64,000 nt of DNA, taken from assembly GCA_965249135.1 (NCBI GenBank), contig OZ252220.1, forward strand, positions 1,344,001-1,408,000. The letters are read 5' to 3'. Source of the DNA: Alphaproteobacteria bacterium. Its GTDB lineage: Bacteria; Pseudomonadota; Alphaproteobacteria; GCA-2746255. The notes under the pieces are model-generated. The model was given only the letters and a program-made list of their open reading frames with translations, was not told the origin of the DNA and did not search any database. The position numbers were made by a program, and so were the translations under genes. Shown piece by piece: positions 20,949 to 33,519 of this stretch (the first letter of the stretch is position 1; each line of letters begins with the position of its first letter).

Positions 20949-21164
20949 CTTCGTATCGGTTGCAATTGTTGGGAAACCGGCATCCTACAGATCAGGGATT
21001 TGAGAACAAGTGCAGAAAACGGCCCCCTTCTTGGGATTCGTCAAGGTCCGCCCAGCCCAGACCCGTTGACAGCCCCCGTTGACAGCCTTCGGCTTGCACC
21101 CTATTTCTCGGTTAAGAGCGCGCACCTTAAAATCCATTCTCCAACCCGATCGAGAGAAGCCCCG

Positions 21165-23891
<2,727 letters not shown>

Positions 23892-23895
23892 AGCC

Positions 23896-24852
23896 TCAGT
23901 CGAGGCCTTTCCTTCCCATTTCGAGGAACTTCTCGCGGCGCTGCGCACGAAGCACGCCGCCTTCGAGCTCGGCAAGCCCGGCCAATTCCTTCTCAACGGC
24001 GTTGCCCACCGCGTTGATGATCTGACGCTGCTGGCGATGGGCGCCGCCAAGGGGCTCGTTGATGACCTTGTCGACGAGACCAAGCTCGAGGAGGTCCTGG
24101 GCGGTGAGTTTGAGCGCTTCGGATGCCTCTTTCGCCGCCTCGCCACTCCGCCAGAGAATGGAGGCGCAGCCTTCCGGCGAGATCACGGAATAGATGGCGT
24201 GTTCCAGCATCAGCACCGTATCGGCCGAAGCGATGGCGATCGCCCCGCCGGAGCCTCCCTCGCCGATGATGACGCTGACGAAGGGCACGCGAAGGCCAAG
24301 CCCCGCCTCGATGCAACGCGCGATCGCCTCGGCCTGGCCGCGCTCTTCCGCGTCCACGCCCGGATAGGCGCCCGGCGTGTCCACGAAGCTCAACACCGGA
24401 AGCTGGAAGTGATCGGCCATGTGGAAAAGGCGTTGCGCCTTCCGATAGCCTTCGGGCCGCGCCATGCCGAAATTATGACGGACGCGGGAGTCTGTGTCCG
24501 ACCCCTTCTCGTGACCGATGACGACGACGGAGCGTCCACGGAAGCGCCCGAGGCCACCCAGTATCGCCGGGTCTTCGCCGTACAGGCGGTCGCCGGCAAG
24601 GGGCGTCCATTCCGCGACCAGCTCGCTCAAATAGTCGCAAAAATGCGGGCGCTGGGGATGGCGGGCGACCTGCACCTTCTGCCAGGGCGTCAGCTTCGAA
24701 TAGATCTGCTGGATGAGCCGTTCGACCTTGGCCTGAAGTTTCCCGATCTCGTCTGCGGGATTGACGCCGTCGCTGCCTGCGCGATGGCGAAGCACCTCGA
24801 TCATGCCTTCGAGTTCGGCAATCGGCTTCTCGAAATCGAGGAAATGCTGCAT
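23896..24852 (-). CDS. accA: Acetyl-CoA carboxylase carboxyltransferase alpha
   Basis: FLDFEKPI, ARHPQRP, DTPGAYPG, GEGGSGGA, SVISPEGCASILW. Confidence 0.97.
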   Translation of the reverse strand: MQHFLDFEKPIAELEGMIEVLRHRAGSDGVNPADEIGKLQAKVERLIQQIYSKLTPWQKVQVARHPQRPHFCDYLSELVAEWTPLAGDRLYGEDPAILGGLGRFRGRSVVVIGHEKGSDTDSRVRHNFGMARPEGYRKAQRLFHMADHFQLPVLSFVDTPGAYPGVDAEERGQAEAIARCIEAGLGLRVPFVSVIIGEGGSGGAIAIASADTVLMLEHAIYSVISPEGCASILWRSGEAAKEASEALKLTAQDLLELGLVDKVINEPLGGAHRQQRQIINAVGNAVEKELAGLAELEGGVLRAQRREKFLEMGRKGLD

Positions 24853-24863
24853 CCGCCGGCCGG

Positions 24864-25850
24864 TCAGCCTGCCGTGGGGGTGGCGATTTGTTCCGCCTTC
24901 TTCACGAGGACCTGGGCCTGCTTGATCGAGGCGATGTCGATCAGCCGGCCGTCAAGGGCGACGGCGCCCTGGCCTTCCTTCTGCGCCTTCTCCATCGCGT
25001 CCAGAATGCGTTTGGCCTTGTCGATCTCCTTCTTAGAAGGGCTGAACACTTCGTTGGCGAGGGGAACCTGGGCGGGATGAATCGCCCACTTGCCTTCACA
25101 ACCAAGAACGCAGGCGCGGCTGGATTGGGCGCGAAAGCCAAGCGCGTCCGAAAAATCGCCGAACGGCCCATCGACCGGCCTCAAGCCGTTCGCCCGCGCC
25201 GCCACCACCATGCGGGCGATCGCGTAATGCCACATGTCGCCCCAATGCACCTCGCGATTGCCCGCCTCGTCCGGGTCCGTGAGCACGATGTAGTCCGGAT
25301 TGGGGCCGCCGATGTTCGTCGTCTTCGCCTTCGTCGAGGCCGCATAATCAGCAACCCCGAAATGCAGCGATTCGTTGCGCGGGCTGGCCGCCGCGATCGC
25401 GTCCACGTTCATCATGCCAAGCGCGGTTTCGATGATGATTTCGAAGCCGATCCGTTTCGTGAACCCTTTCGCCTGCTCGATCTGCGTCACCATCATGTCG
25501 ACGGCATAGACGTCCGCCGCGGTGCCGACCTTCGGAATCATGATGAGGTCCAGTTTGTCGCCTGCCCGTTCGACGACGTCGACGACGTCGCGATACATGT
25601 AATGCGTATCGAGCCCATTGATACGAACGGAAACCGTCTTCGCACTCCAATCGACATCGTTCAGTGCCTGGATGATATTTTCCCGCGCCTGCGGTTTATC
25701 GTCAGGCGCCACCGCGTCTTCCAGGTCGAGAAAAATGACGTCCGCCTCACCCTTCGCCGCCTTTTCGAAGAATTTCGGCGAGCTTCCGGGCACGGCAAGC
25801 TCCGAGCGGTTGAGACGGGGTGTGGCTTCCTCGACGATCGTAAAGCTCAT
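24864..25850 (-). CDS. mcl: Malyl-CoA/beta-methylmalyl-CoA lyase (CitE family)
   Basis: RSELAVPGS, DLEDAVAPDDK, RINGLDTHYMYRDVVD, DGPFGDFSD, GKWAIHP, LIDIASI; very like Methylobacterium MclA as recalled. Confidence 0.85.
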   Translation of the reverse strand: MSFTIVEEATPRLNRSELAVPGSSPKFFEKAAKGEADVIFLDLEDAVAPDDKPQARENIIQALNDVDWSAKTVSVRINGLDTHYMYRDVVDVVERAGDKLDLIMIPKVGTAADVYAVDMMVTQIEQAKGFTKRIGFEIIIETALGMMNVDAIAAASPRNESLHFGVADYAASTKAKTTNIGGPNPDYIVLTDPDEAGNREVHWGDMWHYAIARMVVAARANGLRPVDGPFGDFSDALGFRAQSSRACVLGCEGKWAIHPAQVPLANEVFSPSKKEIDKAKRILDAMEKAQKEGQGAVALDGRLIDIASIKQAQVLVKKAEQIATPTAG

Positions 25851-25966
25851 GGTTTCCTCGTTCGATTGAAGGGGGTGAGCGGCGTGGGATCAGGTGCTTC
25901 CTTCCAGGAAAACGGATTGATTCCGTTCCTTGCCTCGAAAGTCAACTCCATCCCCTCAATCCCCGG

Positions 25967-26911
25967 TCAGCGGGGGTTCGCAAGCGGATGGTGGGCGTCG
26001 ACGAGGCGCCGAAGCCGCTCGCGCAGCACATGGGTGTAAATCTGAGTCGTCGCGATGTCGGCATGTCCCAGCATCTGTTGCACACTTCTCAGGTCCGCGC
26101 CATGGGCCAGAAGGTGGCTGGCGAAGGCATGGCGAAGCACGTGAGGCGAAACCCTGGCCGGGTCGATCCCGGCCTCAGCCGCCAGTTCCTTCAAGAGCTG
26201 CAGGAAGCGCTGGCGCGTAAGATGCCCGGTTTGGCTGCGAGAGGGAAACACCCATTTCGATTGGCCCGCGTCGCCTAAAAAAAACTTGCGCGCCGCGCGA
26301 TAGGCTTTGAGCGCCGCCACCGCCGGCTCGCCCAAGGGGACCATCCGTTCCTTGTCGCCCTTGCCGCGCACGACGAGAAACCGTTTGTCGCCGGTGATCG
26401 CCGAGAGGGGAAGGGCGACGAGCTCCGAGACCCGAAGTCCCGTCGCGTAAAGAATCTCCAGCAGCGCCTGGATGCGAAGCCCCTTTGCACCGGTCTTTCC
26501 CCGCGTCGCCTTGAGCAGGGCCTCGACTTCTTTTTCCGTTAGATATTTGGGGAGCCGCCTTCCCAGTTTCGGGCTGTCGAGCTTGGCGCTTGGATCGTCG
26601 GGCCGCATCCCTTCCGCATAAAGAAAGCGGTAGAACTGGCGCAACGTCGAAAGACGGCGCGCCGCCGTCCGCGGGGAGAGGCCGGCCTTCTCGATGGCCC
26701 CCAAATAGGCGCGCAAATCGTCGCTTGCAGCCTTGTCGATCGTCCTGCCCTGCTTGTCGAGAAAGCGGGCGAAGTCCCTCAGGTCGCGGTGGTAGGAATC
26801 GAGCGTGTTTTTTGAGACGCCCCGTTCGGCCAACAGCATCTCGAGGAAAACTTCCAGCGCGCGGGCGGCGGCGTTCGTTTCGTGATCCTGTCCGTCCGTC
26901 ATCCCGCTCAT
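25967..26911 (-). CDS. xerD: Site-specific tyrosine recombinase XerD
   Basis: LYATGLRVSEL, GKGDKER, SPHVLRHAFASHLL, LGHADIATTQIYT; syntenic position near accA/aroK. Confidence 0.93.
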   Translation of the reverse strand: MSGMTDGQDHETNAAARALEVFLEMLLAERGVSKNTLDSYHRDLRDFARFLDKQGRTIDKAASDDLRAYLGAIEKAGLSPRTAARRLSTLRQFYRFLYAEGMRPDDPSAKLDSPKLGRRLPKYLTEKEVEALLKATRGKTGAKGLRIQALLEILYATGLRVSELVALPLSAITGDKRFLVVRGKGDKERMVPLGEPAVAALKAYRAARKFFLGDAGQSKWVFPSRSQTGHLTRQRFLQLLKELAAEAGIDPARVSPHVLRHAFASHLLAHGADLRSVQQMLGHADIATTQIYTHVLRERLRRLVDAHHPLANPR

Positions 26912-28740
26912 AGCCCCTTCATCAGGCTCGCTTCAACGCCAAGCCGTCGCGCTTCTTGCTCAAGGCCGACCCGTTTGAGCGCCGTGATGACGGCTTCCAG
27001 CGTGATCGGCGCCGCCTCCCCCGGCCCGCCCTCGCCAAGGCTCAAGAGGGCGAGCAGCACCGTCTCGCCGATGCGCGCTGCCGAAGCGGCCTCGGCCAGC
27101 CCGTGCCAGATGGCAAGCGCAGGGACGACCGCGATCGTGCGCGGCGCATCGCCGAGCGCAAGCACCCATTCGGCGCTGCCCACCGGCTCGCCGATGGCGG
27201 CGAGGAGTCCGAACAGAAGCGCTGCTTCTTGTTTTTGTTCCGTCGTATCGCCGACAACCTTCCACCAGGCGGCCAGCCGTTCCGCCTCCCAGGTGAGATT
27301 GCCCCCGCCATCGGCCAGCTTGACGAAGGGCCAAAGCCGATCCCGCATCACCTCGGCGTTCGCGTTCTCATAGGCGGTCCGCTGGACGACGGCGAGCCAG
27401 GCGAAGGCCTCCGGCGCCTGATCCGCCAGCAGCAGCGCCTTGCCGGCATCCACCGCGAACCAGGCGAGGTCCGGCTTGGGGGCAATGGCGAGCAGGGTGG
27501 GAAGGTTGACCCGAACGGCTGTCGCATAAGCGGCCCCGCTTGCGTCCGCCGCCTTGGCCTCCTTCCAAAGACGCTGCAGGAGTTCCGCCCGTTGGCTCGA
27601 ATCCGTTCGCTCCCGCGCCGCGCGATAGAGAAGCGCACGACCCTTCGCCTCATCGGAGGCGGCATTCTCGGCGTCGCGAATCTCTTCCGAGCGGAAGGAA
27701 ACGCTGCGGTAAAGCTCGCCCAGCTCATCCGGTGTAAGCGTGCCCAGCGCCTCGGCCCGCTCGCCTGCGTTCAAGCGAAGCACGATCGGCGCATTCGGGT
27801 TCATGGCAAGGGCGCGAAGGATGGCAGGCGACGTCGTCGTACCGGCATCCGGCGGCACCTGACGGCCGGCCTCGCGGATCATGACGGCTTCAAGGGGCGA
27901 TGGATCCGGCAGGTTGAAGACCTGCACGTCGTCCTTGCCGAGAATCGCATCGACCAGTTGAAAGAAGGCGGGCGTGCTCTTCTCCGGCATCTCGCGCAAA
28001 AGCGCAAGGCCCAGCTGGACCGCCTGGGCTTCCTTCGCGATGGCCTCGCAGAAAATCAGCATCCGCTGCCAATGGGCGCCTTGGTAATCGCGGACCCGTT
28101 TTCGTACCTCCTTGCAGGCCGTCTCGGCATCGCCGACAAGGAAGATACTTTCGACATAGGCAATGGCCATCGATTCATCCATGGCATGGGCAGGGATGAT
28201 TCGCGCAAGCTCGATGATCGCCTTTGAGGAGCCCATCGCCGTCAGCCGTTCGAAGCGAAGCGGCAACAAATTCACCTGCAGTTCACCATCGCCGGGGGCG
28301 GTTGCCGTCGAAAGCAGAAGGCGGCGTTGCAAGGCCTGCATGGTGGGAGAACGCGCGGCAGAAGGAAGCTTGGGCAGCAAGCGCACGAGGAGATTGCGAT
28401 GCGTTCCTTCCCACATCGCGATACCGAAGCCACCGGCCTCTTCATCGAGAAGACCGACGGAATTCGGATCCACCCTTTCAAGGGGAGCGACGTCCACGGT
28501 TGCGGGATCGCCGGTTTCTTCGGCTTCTTTTTCGCTCGCTTCGCTTTCAGGCGCGATGGTCTCGGCTTTTTCCTCTGGTCTAAGGCTCGGCGGTTCGGCG
28601 GCGGCGGCCGGCGAAAGGGAAATCGGGCCCTCGGCGCGGGCCGCCTGGAAAGAGCCTGCGGCGGCGCCTAGCACAACCCCAAGCGTTATTGCGGCAAGGA
28701 TGAAAAAGCCGGAGGCGCGTCTATTTCGGAAAGCGCTCAT
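26908..28740 (-). CDS. Conserved exported alpha-helical hypothetical protein
   Basis: N-terminal signal/TM segment, acidic linker, GLLD...GFG..MW.GT motif; stop overlaps xerD start. Confidence 0.75.
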   Translation of the reverse strand: MSAFRNRRASGFFILAAITLGVVLGAAAGSFQAARAEGPISLSPAAAAEPPSLRPEEKAETIAPESEASEKEAEETGDPATVDVAPLERVDPNSVGLLDEEAGGFGIAMWEGTHRNLLVRLLPKLPSAARSPTMQALQRRLLLSTATAPGDGELQVNLLPLRFERLTAMGSSKAIIELARIIPAHAMDESMAIAYVESIFLVGDAETACKEVRKRVRDYQGAHWQRMLIFCEAIAKEAQAVQLGLALLREMPEKSTPAFFQLVDAILGKDDVQVFNLPDPSPLEAVMIREAGRQVPPDAGTTTSPAILRALAMNPNAPIVLRLNAGERAEALGTLTPDELGELYRSVSFRSEEIRDAENAASDEAKGRALLYRAARERTDSSQRAELLQRLWKEAKAADASGAAYATAVRVNLPTLLAIAPKPDLAWFAVDAGKALLLADQAPEAFAWLAVVQRTAYENANAEVMRDRLWPFVKLADGGGNLTWEAERLAAWWKVVGDTTEQKQEAALLFGLLAAIGEPVGSAEWVLALGDAPRTIAVVPALAIWHGLAEAASAARIGETVLLALLSLGEGGPGEAAPITLEAVITALKRVGLEQEARRLGVEASLMKGL

Positions 28741-28861
28741 CCGGCAGCACCTTCTCGATCGCGACGGCAGGCGATGGAATGTCCCAATTCGCAAATGCCA
28801 CAAACCCGCCGAGAAGAATAAGCAGGATCAACAGCAGCGCGATCCGTAAGATCCGATTCAT
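28721..28861 (-). CDS. 46-aa single-pass membrane protein (not in ORF track)
   Basis: MNRILRIALLLILLILLGGFVAFANWDIPSPAVAIEKVLPDERFPK*; overlaps start of downstream exported protein by 20 bp. Confidence 0.7.
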   Translation of the reverse strand: MNRILRIALLLILLILLGGFVAFANWDIPSPAVAIEKVLPDERFPK

Positions 28862-29042
28862 AAAGGATGATGAGCGCACTTTACGTTCTCCGGCCTTCGA
28901 ACCGGCGCCAGGAGGGCCGGTCTGGCTTCCGCTGGCGGCGGGTTTTCGACATGTGGTAGGCTTCGCCCATGGCGATATTGCGACATCGCGCCCCCTATTT
29001 CAACGTTATCCATCACCGCTGCGGCCCGGATTTCCTGGGAAA

Positions 29043-29624
29043 ATGACCAGAAAACCCCCTGGCGCGGCGGGCCCTGCGATCGTCCTTATTGGCCTGATGG
29101 GGGTCGGCAAATCCTCCGTCGGCCGCCGCCTGGCGGCCCGTCGCGGGCTCGGCTTCCTCGATACGGATGCGGAGATCGAAAAGGCGGCCGGTTGCACGAT
29201 CGAAGAAATCTTCGAGAACCATGGCGAGGCGCATTTTAGGAAAGGCGAACGCCGGGTGATCGCGCGGCTCTTATCCGGTCCGCCGCACGTGCTGGCGACA
29301 GGGGGCGGCGCGTTTCTCGATCCCGAGACCCGGGCCTTGATTCGAGAACGCGGCATCTCGATCTGGCTGGAGGCAGGGCTCGACCTTCTGGTCGCCCGTG
29401 TCAGCCGACGGCCAGACCGGCCCTTGTTGAAAAAAGGCGATCCTCGCGCCATCCTTGCGAAGCTGATTGCGGAGCGCTATCCCATTTACGCGGAAGCCGA
29501 CCTTAAGGTCGAGGTGAAGGACGAACCCATCGAGGCCACCGTCGAGAGGGTGGCGAAAGTCCTGGCCACTCACGAGAAAGGAACGCAGGCCAGCCCCCGG
29601 GAAAGCGGGAAGAAAACCACATGA
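29043..29624 (+). CDS. aroK: Shikimate kinase
   Basis: GLMGVGKSSVG P-loop, DTD, GEAHFR, TGGG, RPLL. Confidence 0.95.
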   Translation: MTRKPPGAAGPAIVLIGLMGVGKSSVGRRLAARRGLGFLDTDAEIEKAAGCTIEEIFENHGEAHFRKGERRVIARLLSGPPHVLATGGGAFLDPETRALIRERGISIWLEAGLDLLVARVSRRPDRPLLKKGDPRAILAKLIAERYPIYAEADLKVEVKDEPIEATVERVAKVLATHEKGTQASPRESGKKTT

Positions 29625-30742
29625 ACCAGACCGTGAAGAAACCCGCCACCGTCCGAGTCGAACTCGGCGCACGTAGTTATGATATCCTCGTCGGACCAGG
29701 CCTGTTAGCACAAGCAGGCACGCACCTTCGCCCGCTTCTCGAGGAAGAACGCGTTTTCATCGTCACGGACGAGACGGTTGCCGGCCTCTATCTCGACGGC
29801 CTTACGGCGACGCTTAATGAGGGGGGAATCGAAACGACGCCCATCGTGCTTCCGGCAGGCGAACAAACGAAGGATCTCGCGCATCTTGAATTTCTCACCG
29901 ACCGTCTGCTCGACGCGCACGTGGAACGCCGATCGATGCTTCTTGCGCTTGGCGGCGGCGTGATCGGCGACTTGACCGGATTCGCAGCCAGCCTCACGCT
30001 TCGCGGGATCGACTTCGTTCAGATGCCGACGACGCTGCTTGCCCAAGTCGACAGCGCCGTCGGCGGCAAGACGGGGATCAACACACCCAAGGGAAAAAAT
30101 CTGCTTGGGAGTTTCTACCAACCGCGGCTGGTTCTTTCGGACACGGCGACGCTTACGACCTTGCCGCGACGGGAACTCCTCGCCGGCTATGCGGAAGTCG
30201 TTAAATACGGTCTCATTCGCGATGCGAAATTCTTCGCCTGGCTGGAAGCGAACGGGCCCGAGGCCCTTGAAGGAAAGCCGAATGCATTGACCCAGGCGAT
30301 CGTCAAGGCGTGCGAGACGAAGGCGGCGATTGTCGCCGCCGACGAACGCGAAGCAGGTGCGCGGGCCCTTCTCAATCTCGGCCATACCTTCGGCCACGCG
30401 CTTGAGGCCGCGAACGATTTCGACCACACGCTGCATCATGGCGAAGCCGTCGCCATCGGCATGTGCCTTGCCTTCGAGCTGTCGGTGCGTCTTGGCCTGT
30501 GCCCGGCCTCGGATGCCGAGCGCGTCCGCAACCACCTGGCCGGCATTGGCCTGCCGACGACGCTGGCGCAAGCCGGCCGCGGCAAGTGGGAGGTGCCCGC
30601 GCTTCTTCACCACATGCGCCAGGACAAGAAGGTGCGCCAAGGCCGGGTCCGCTTCGTGCTGGCCCGGAGAATCGGCGAGACGTTCCTTGCCGAGGACATC
30701 GCCACCGAAGACGTCGAGCACTTCCTGGAGGAGGCCGCTTAA
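29621..30742 (+). CDS. aroB: 3-dehydroquinate synthase
   Basis: GGGVIGDLTGF, PTTLLAQVDSAVGGKTG, LNLGHTFGHALE, HGEAV. Confidence 0.97.
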   Translation: MNQTVKKPATVRVELGARSYDILVGPGLLAQAGTHLRPLLEEERVFIVTDETVAGLYLDGLTATLNEGGIETTPIVLPAGEQTKDLAHLEFLTDRLLDAHVERRSMLLALGGGVIGDLTGFAASLTLRGIDFVQMPTTLLAQVDSAVGGKTGINTPKGKNLLGSFYQPRLVLSDTATLTTLPRRELLAGYAEVVKYGLIRDAKFFAWLEANGPEALEGKPNALTQAIVKACETKAAIVAADEREAGARALLNLGHTFGHALEAANDFDHTLHHGEAVAIGMCLAFELSVRLGLCPASDAERVRNHLAGIGLPTTLAQAGRGKWEVPALLHHMRQDKKVRQGRVRFVLARRIGETFLAEDIATEDVEHFLEEAA

Positions 30743-30743
30743 G

Positions 30744-32039
30744 ATGCAGGACGTCGTTCTTCTTTCACTCGGCGCGATCCTAATTCTTCTTATTCTTTCC
30801 GCCTTCTTCTCCGGCTCGGAGACGGCGCTTACCGCAGCCTCGCGCCTCCGCCTCTACCAACTGGAACGCGGCGGCAACGGCCGGGCCCGCATCGTCAACC
30901 GGCTGCGCGAACGAAAAGAACGGTTGATCGGCGCGATCCTGCTGGGCAACAACCTGGTGAACATCCTGGCTTCTGCGCTGGCGACCAGCCTTCTGATCGG
31001 CTGGTTCGGCGAGACGGGTGTCATCTATGCGACGCTTGTCATGACGACGCTGGTGCTGGTCTTTGCCGAGGTGCTGCCGAAAACCTATGCCATTCACAAC
31101 GCCACCCGAACCGCCCTTTTGGTGGCGCCGGTACTGCGATGGATCGTGCGCATCTTCTCGCCCATCACCCACGCCGTGCAATGGATCGTCGCGGGAACGC
31201 TTCGTATCTTCGGCGTGCGTATCTCCACCGATCGCAGCCTCGCCGTCATGACGGAAGAACTCTTGGGCGCCATCGAGCTAAGGGGTGGCAAGGGAGCGAC
31301 GCTGCGTCAAGAACGCGCGATGCTTCGCAGCATTCTCGATCTTGCCAGCGTGACGGTCAGCGAAATCCTGATTCACCGCAAGAGCGTCTTCATGGTGAGC
31401 GCGGACGAGCCGCCAGAGGAAATCCTCACCCAGGTTCTTTCGAGCAACCACACGCGGATCCCGCTGTGGAGGGAGACACCGGACAACACCGTCGGTGTCC
31501 TGCATGCGAAAGCCATGCTGCGTGCCGTGCACGAGCGAAAGGGAAGCCTCGAAGGCTTGGATGCCGTCCAAATCGCCGTAAAGCCGTGGTTCATCCCGGA
31601 ATCGACGACGCTGCTTTCGCAATTGCAGGCGTTTCGCCAGCGCCACGAGCACATGGCGCTGGTCGTCGACGAATACGGAGCGTTCCTTGGAATCGTGACG
31701 CTGGAGGACATCCTCGAGGAGATCGTCGGGGAAATCTCGGACGAGCACGACGTGGCGATCCCCGGTATTTGGCCCCAGCCGGACGGAGCGGTCGTGGCCC
31801 GGGGAACGACGACGCTGCGCGACCTCAACCGCGAATTCGACTGGCAGTTGCCGGACGAGCCGGCGGCGACCGTGGCTGGTCTTTTGCTTCATGAAGCGCG
31901 CCAGATTCCGGACGTCGGCCAGACCTTTGAATTCCACGGTTTCCGTTTCGAGATCCTGCGGCGCTATCGAAATCAGATCACTTCCGTTCGCATCGTGCCG
32001 CTTGCCCAGCCGACACAAGCGGAAAAGGTAAGCGCCTAG
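30744..32039 (+). CDS. HlyC/CorC (CNNM) family transporter
   Basis: SAFFSGSETAL, EVLPK, CBS pair, VVDEYG..GIVTLEDILEEIVGEI, CorC C-terminus. Confidence 0.92.
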   Translation: MQDVVLLSLGAILILLILSAFFSGSETALTAASRLRLYQLERGGNGRARIVNRLRERKERLIGAILLGNNLVNILASALATSLLIGWFGETGVIYATLVMTTLVLVFAEVLPKTYAIHNATRTALLVAPVLRWIVRIFSPITHAVQWIVAGTLRIFGVRISTDRSLAVMTEELLGAIELRGGKGATLRQERAMLRSILDLASVTVSEILIHRKSVFMVSADEPPEEILTQVLSSNHTRIPLWRETPDNTVGVLHAKAMLRAVHERKGSLEGLDAVQIAVKPWFIPESTTLLSQLQAFRQRHEHMALVVDEYGAFLGIVTLEDILEEIVGEISDEHDVAIPGIWPQPDGAVVARGTTTLRDLNREFDWQLPDEPAATVAGLLLHEARQIPDVGQTFEFHGFRFEILRRYRNQITSVRIVPLAQPTQAEKVSA

Positions 32040-32084
32040 AGTCGGCGTCTTCGAAGCGAGCCAAGTCAAAGACAGGAAAATGCC

Positions 32085-32633
32085 ATGCCCCTCCCGCCCA
32101 CGGCGCCTAGAAAACGGATTCACACCCGAAAAATCGAAATTCACGGCTTCGAACGTGAGGACGGTCTTTGGGAGATCGATGCCCACCTGAAGGATACGAA
32201 AAGCTACGACTTTCCGAATCAGTTCCGGGGCACGATCCAGGCGGGCGAGCCGGTCCACAACATGTTCCTTCGCATGACGGTGAACGACGCCCTTATCATT
32301 CAGGAGGTCCAGGCGATCTCCGAGGGCACGCCGTTTGCGATTTGTCCCGAGGCCACTGCGGCTTACGAACGGCTGAAGGGGCTTCGCATCGCCGCGGGCT
32401 GGGGCCGGCAATTAAAGGAGCGGATCGGCGGGACGAAGGGGTGCACGCACCTCTCGGCCCTTCTCAACGAAGCGGCAACGGTCGCCTTCCAGACGATCTT
32501 CCCAATCCGCCATCGGGGAAAGCCGAGCGAGCAGGCGGGCGCGAAGCCGGAACTCCTAAACAGCTGTTACGCGCTGGCCTTCGAACGCGACGTCGTCAAA
32601 GCGCATTGGCCCGATTTCTATACCGGTTCGTGA
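32085..32633 (+). CDS. DUF2889-like protein
   Basis: IHTR.I...G..REDGLWEI, PF..CP, GG.KGCTHL, NSC.A motifs. Confidence 0.75.
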   Translation: MPLPPTAPRKRIHTRKIEIHGFEREDGLWEIDAHLKDTKSYDFPNQFRGTIQAGEPVHNMFLRMTVNDALIIQEVQAISEGTPFAICPEATAAYERLKGLRIAAGWGRQLKERIGGTKGCTHLSALLNEAATVAFQTIFPIRHRGKPSEQAGAKPELLNSCYALAFERDVVKAHWPDFYTGS

Positions 32634-32946
32634 GGCGCAAATTCCTGCCCAACGCCCTTGGACGGTACCCTGGAAAGGCCTGAACCGCCTCCGGCGATCT
32701 ATGACCGGCATTCGCATGGCCGTCTTCCGTCGCCGCAACCCGGAAATAGATGACGATGAAGGCCCGAAGGGCCGCCGTCAGGGTCGATTCGTGCCGCCGT
32801 GCATCCACTTCGGTGCAGACCTGATGCACCGTCCTTCCTTCCCGGCGACGGATCTCCTCGAGCGCCTCCCACATGCTGGGCTCGAGCCGCATGCTCGTCC
32901 GATGGCCGGCAACCGTGACATTCCGATTAACCAAGGTGCTTACCAT
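32596..32946 (-). CDS. Ribbon-helix-helix DNA-binding protein
   Basis: RNVTVAGHRTSMRLEPSMWEALEEI...LTAALRAFIV.YFR. Confidence 0.85.
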   Translation of the reverse strand: MVSTLVNRNVTVAGHRTSMRLEPSMWEALEEIRRREGRTVHQVCTEVDARRHESTLTAALRAFIVIYFRVAATEDGHANAGHRSPEAVQAFPGYRPRALGRNLRLTNRYRNRANAL

Positions 32947-33028
32947 TCGCCAACTCCTTGCGCGCGTTTCCTTCAGGTACACAACTTTCGGTTGCCTATC
33001 TACGACCGAACGCCACAAGTAAATGGCG

Positions 33029-33063
33029 TAACGATCTGTACTATAACAATCGTTAATTGTATA
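33029..33063. promoter_or_regulatory. AT-rich overlapping inverted repeats upstream of RHH gene
   Basis: TAACGATcTGT-N6-ACAATCGTTA (33029-33055) and TATAACAAT-N5-ATTGTATA (33042-33063). Confidence 0.45.
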
Positions 33064-33109
33064 AGAAAACGTTAATACACCATATAAGAGTATGTCGCCG
33101 GTTTGAGGG

Positions 33110-33394
33110 CTAGGCTGGCCGATCTTCGTCGGGGGTAAGCGCCTTCAGGCTGAGGGCGTGAAGGGAGGCGGCAAATTCCTCGGTAAGGGCTTGATTAATA
33201 AGGCGTTGCCGGTCGAGGCGGGAGAGACCCTCGAAGGCGATGGCGACGATCTCGACCCGGAAATGGGTCTCGCCCTCGGGCCGGCTTTCCGCATGGCCGG
33301 CGTGACGGGCAGATTCGTCGATAATCTCGAGGCGGAGCGGGTGAAAGACCGCCGTGAGTTTCGCATCGATCCGTTCGCGCATGGAGGCGTTCAT
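33110..33394 (-). CDS. bolA: BolA family protein
   Basis: DESARHAGH, ETHF, F.GLSRLDRQR, LHALSL. Confidence 0.92.
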   Translation of the reverse strand: MNASMRERIDAKLTAVFHPLRLEIIDESARHAGHAESRPEGETHFRVEIVAIAFEGLSRLDRQRLINQALTEEFAASLHALSLKALTPDEDRPA

Positions 33395-33519
33395 AAGGGG
33401 TTTTCCTTAGTTTTCTGCCCTTTCCCTTCGCTACCGCGCAGGCGCCCACCCGTCAAGTGGGCGCGCTCCGCACGGGCGCCGTGCTTGCCAGGCGCTGGCG
33501 AACCCTCCATATTTTCTGG

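Noticed and set aside
25967-26911. Tyrosine recombinase as a prophage/island integrase
   Set aside because: Size, motifs and accA/aroK synteny indicate housekeeping XerD.
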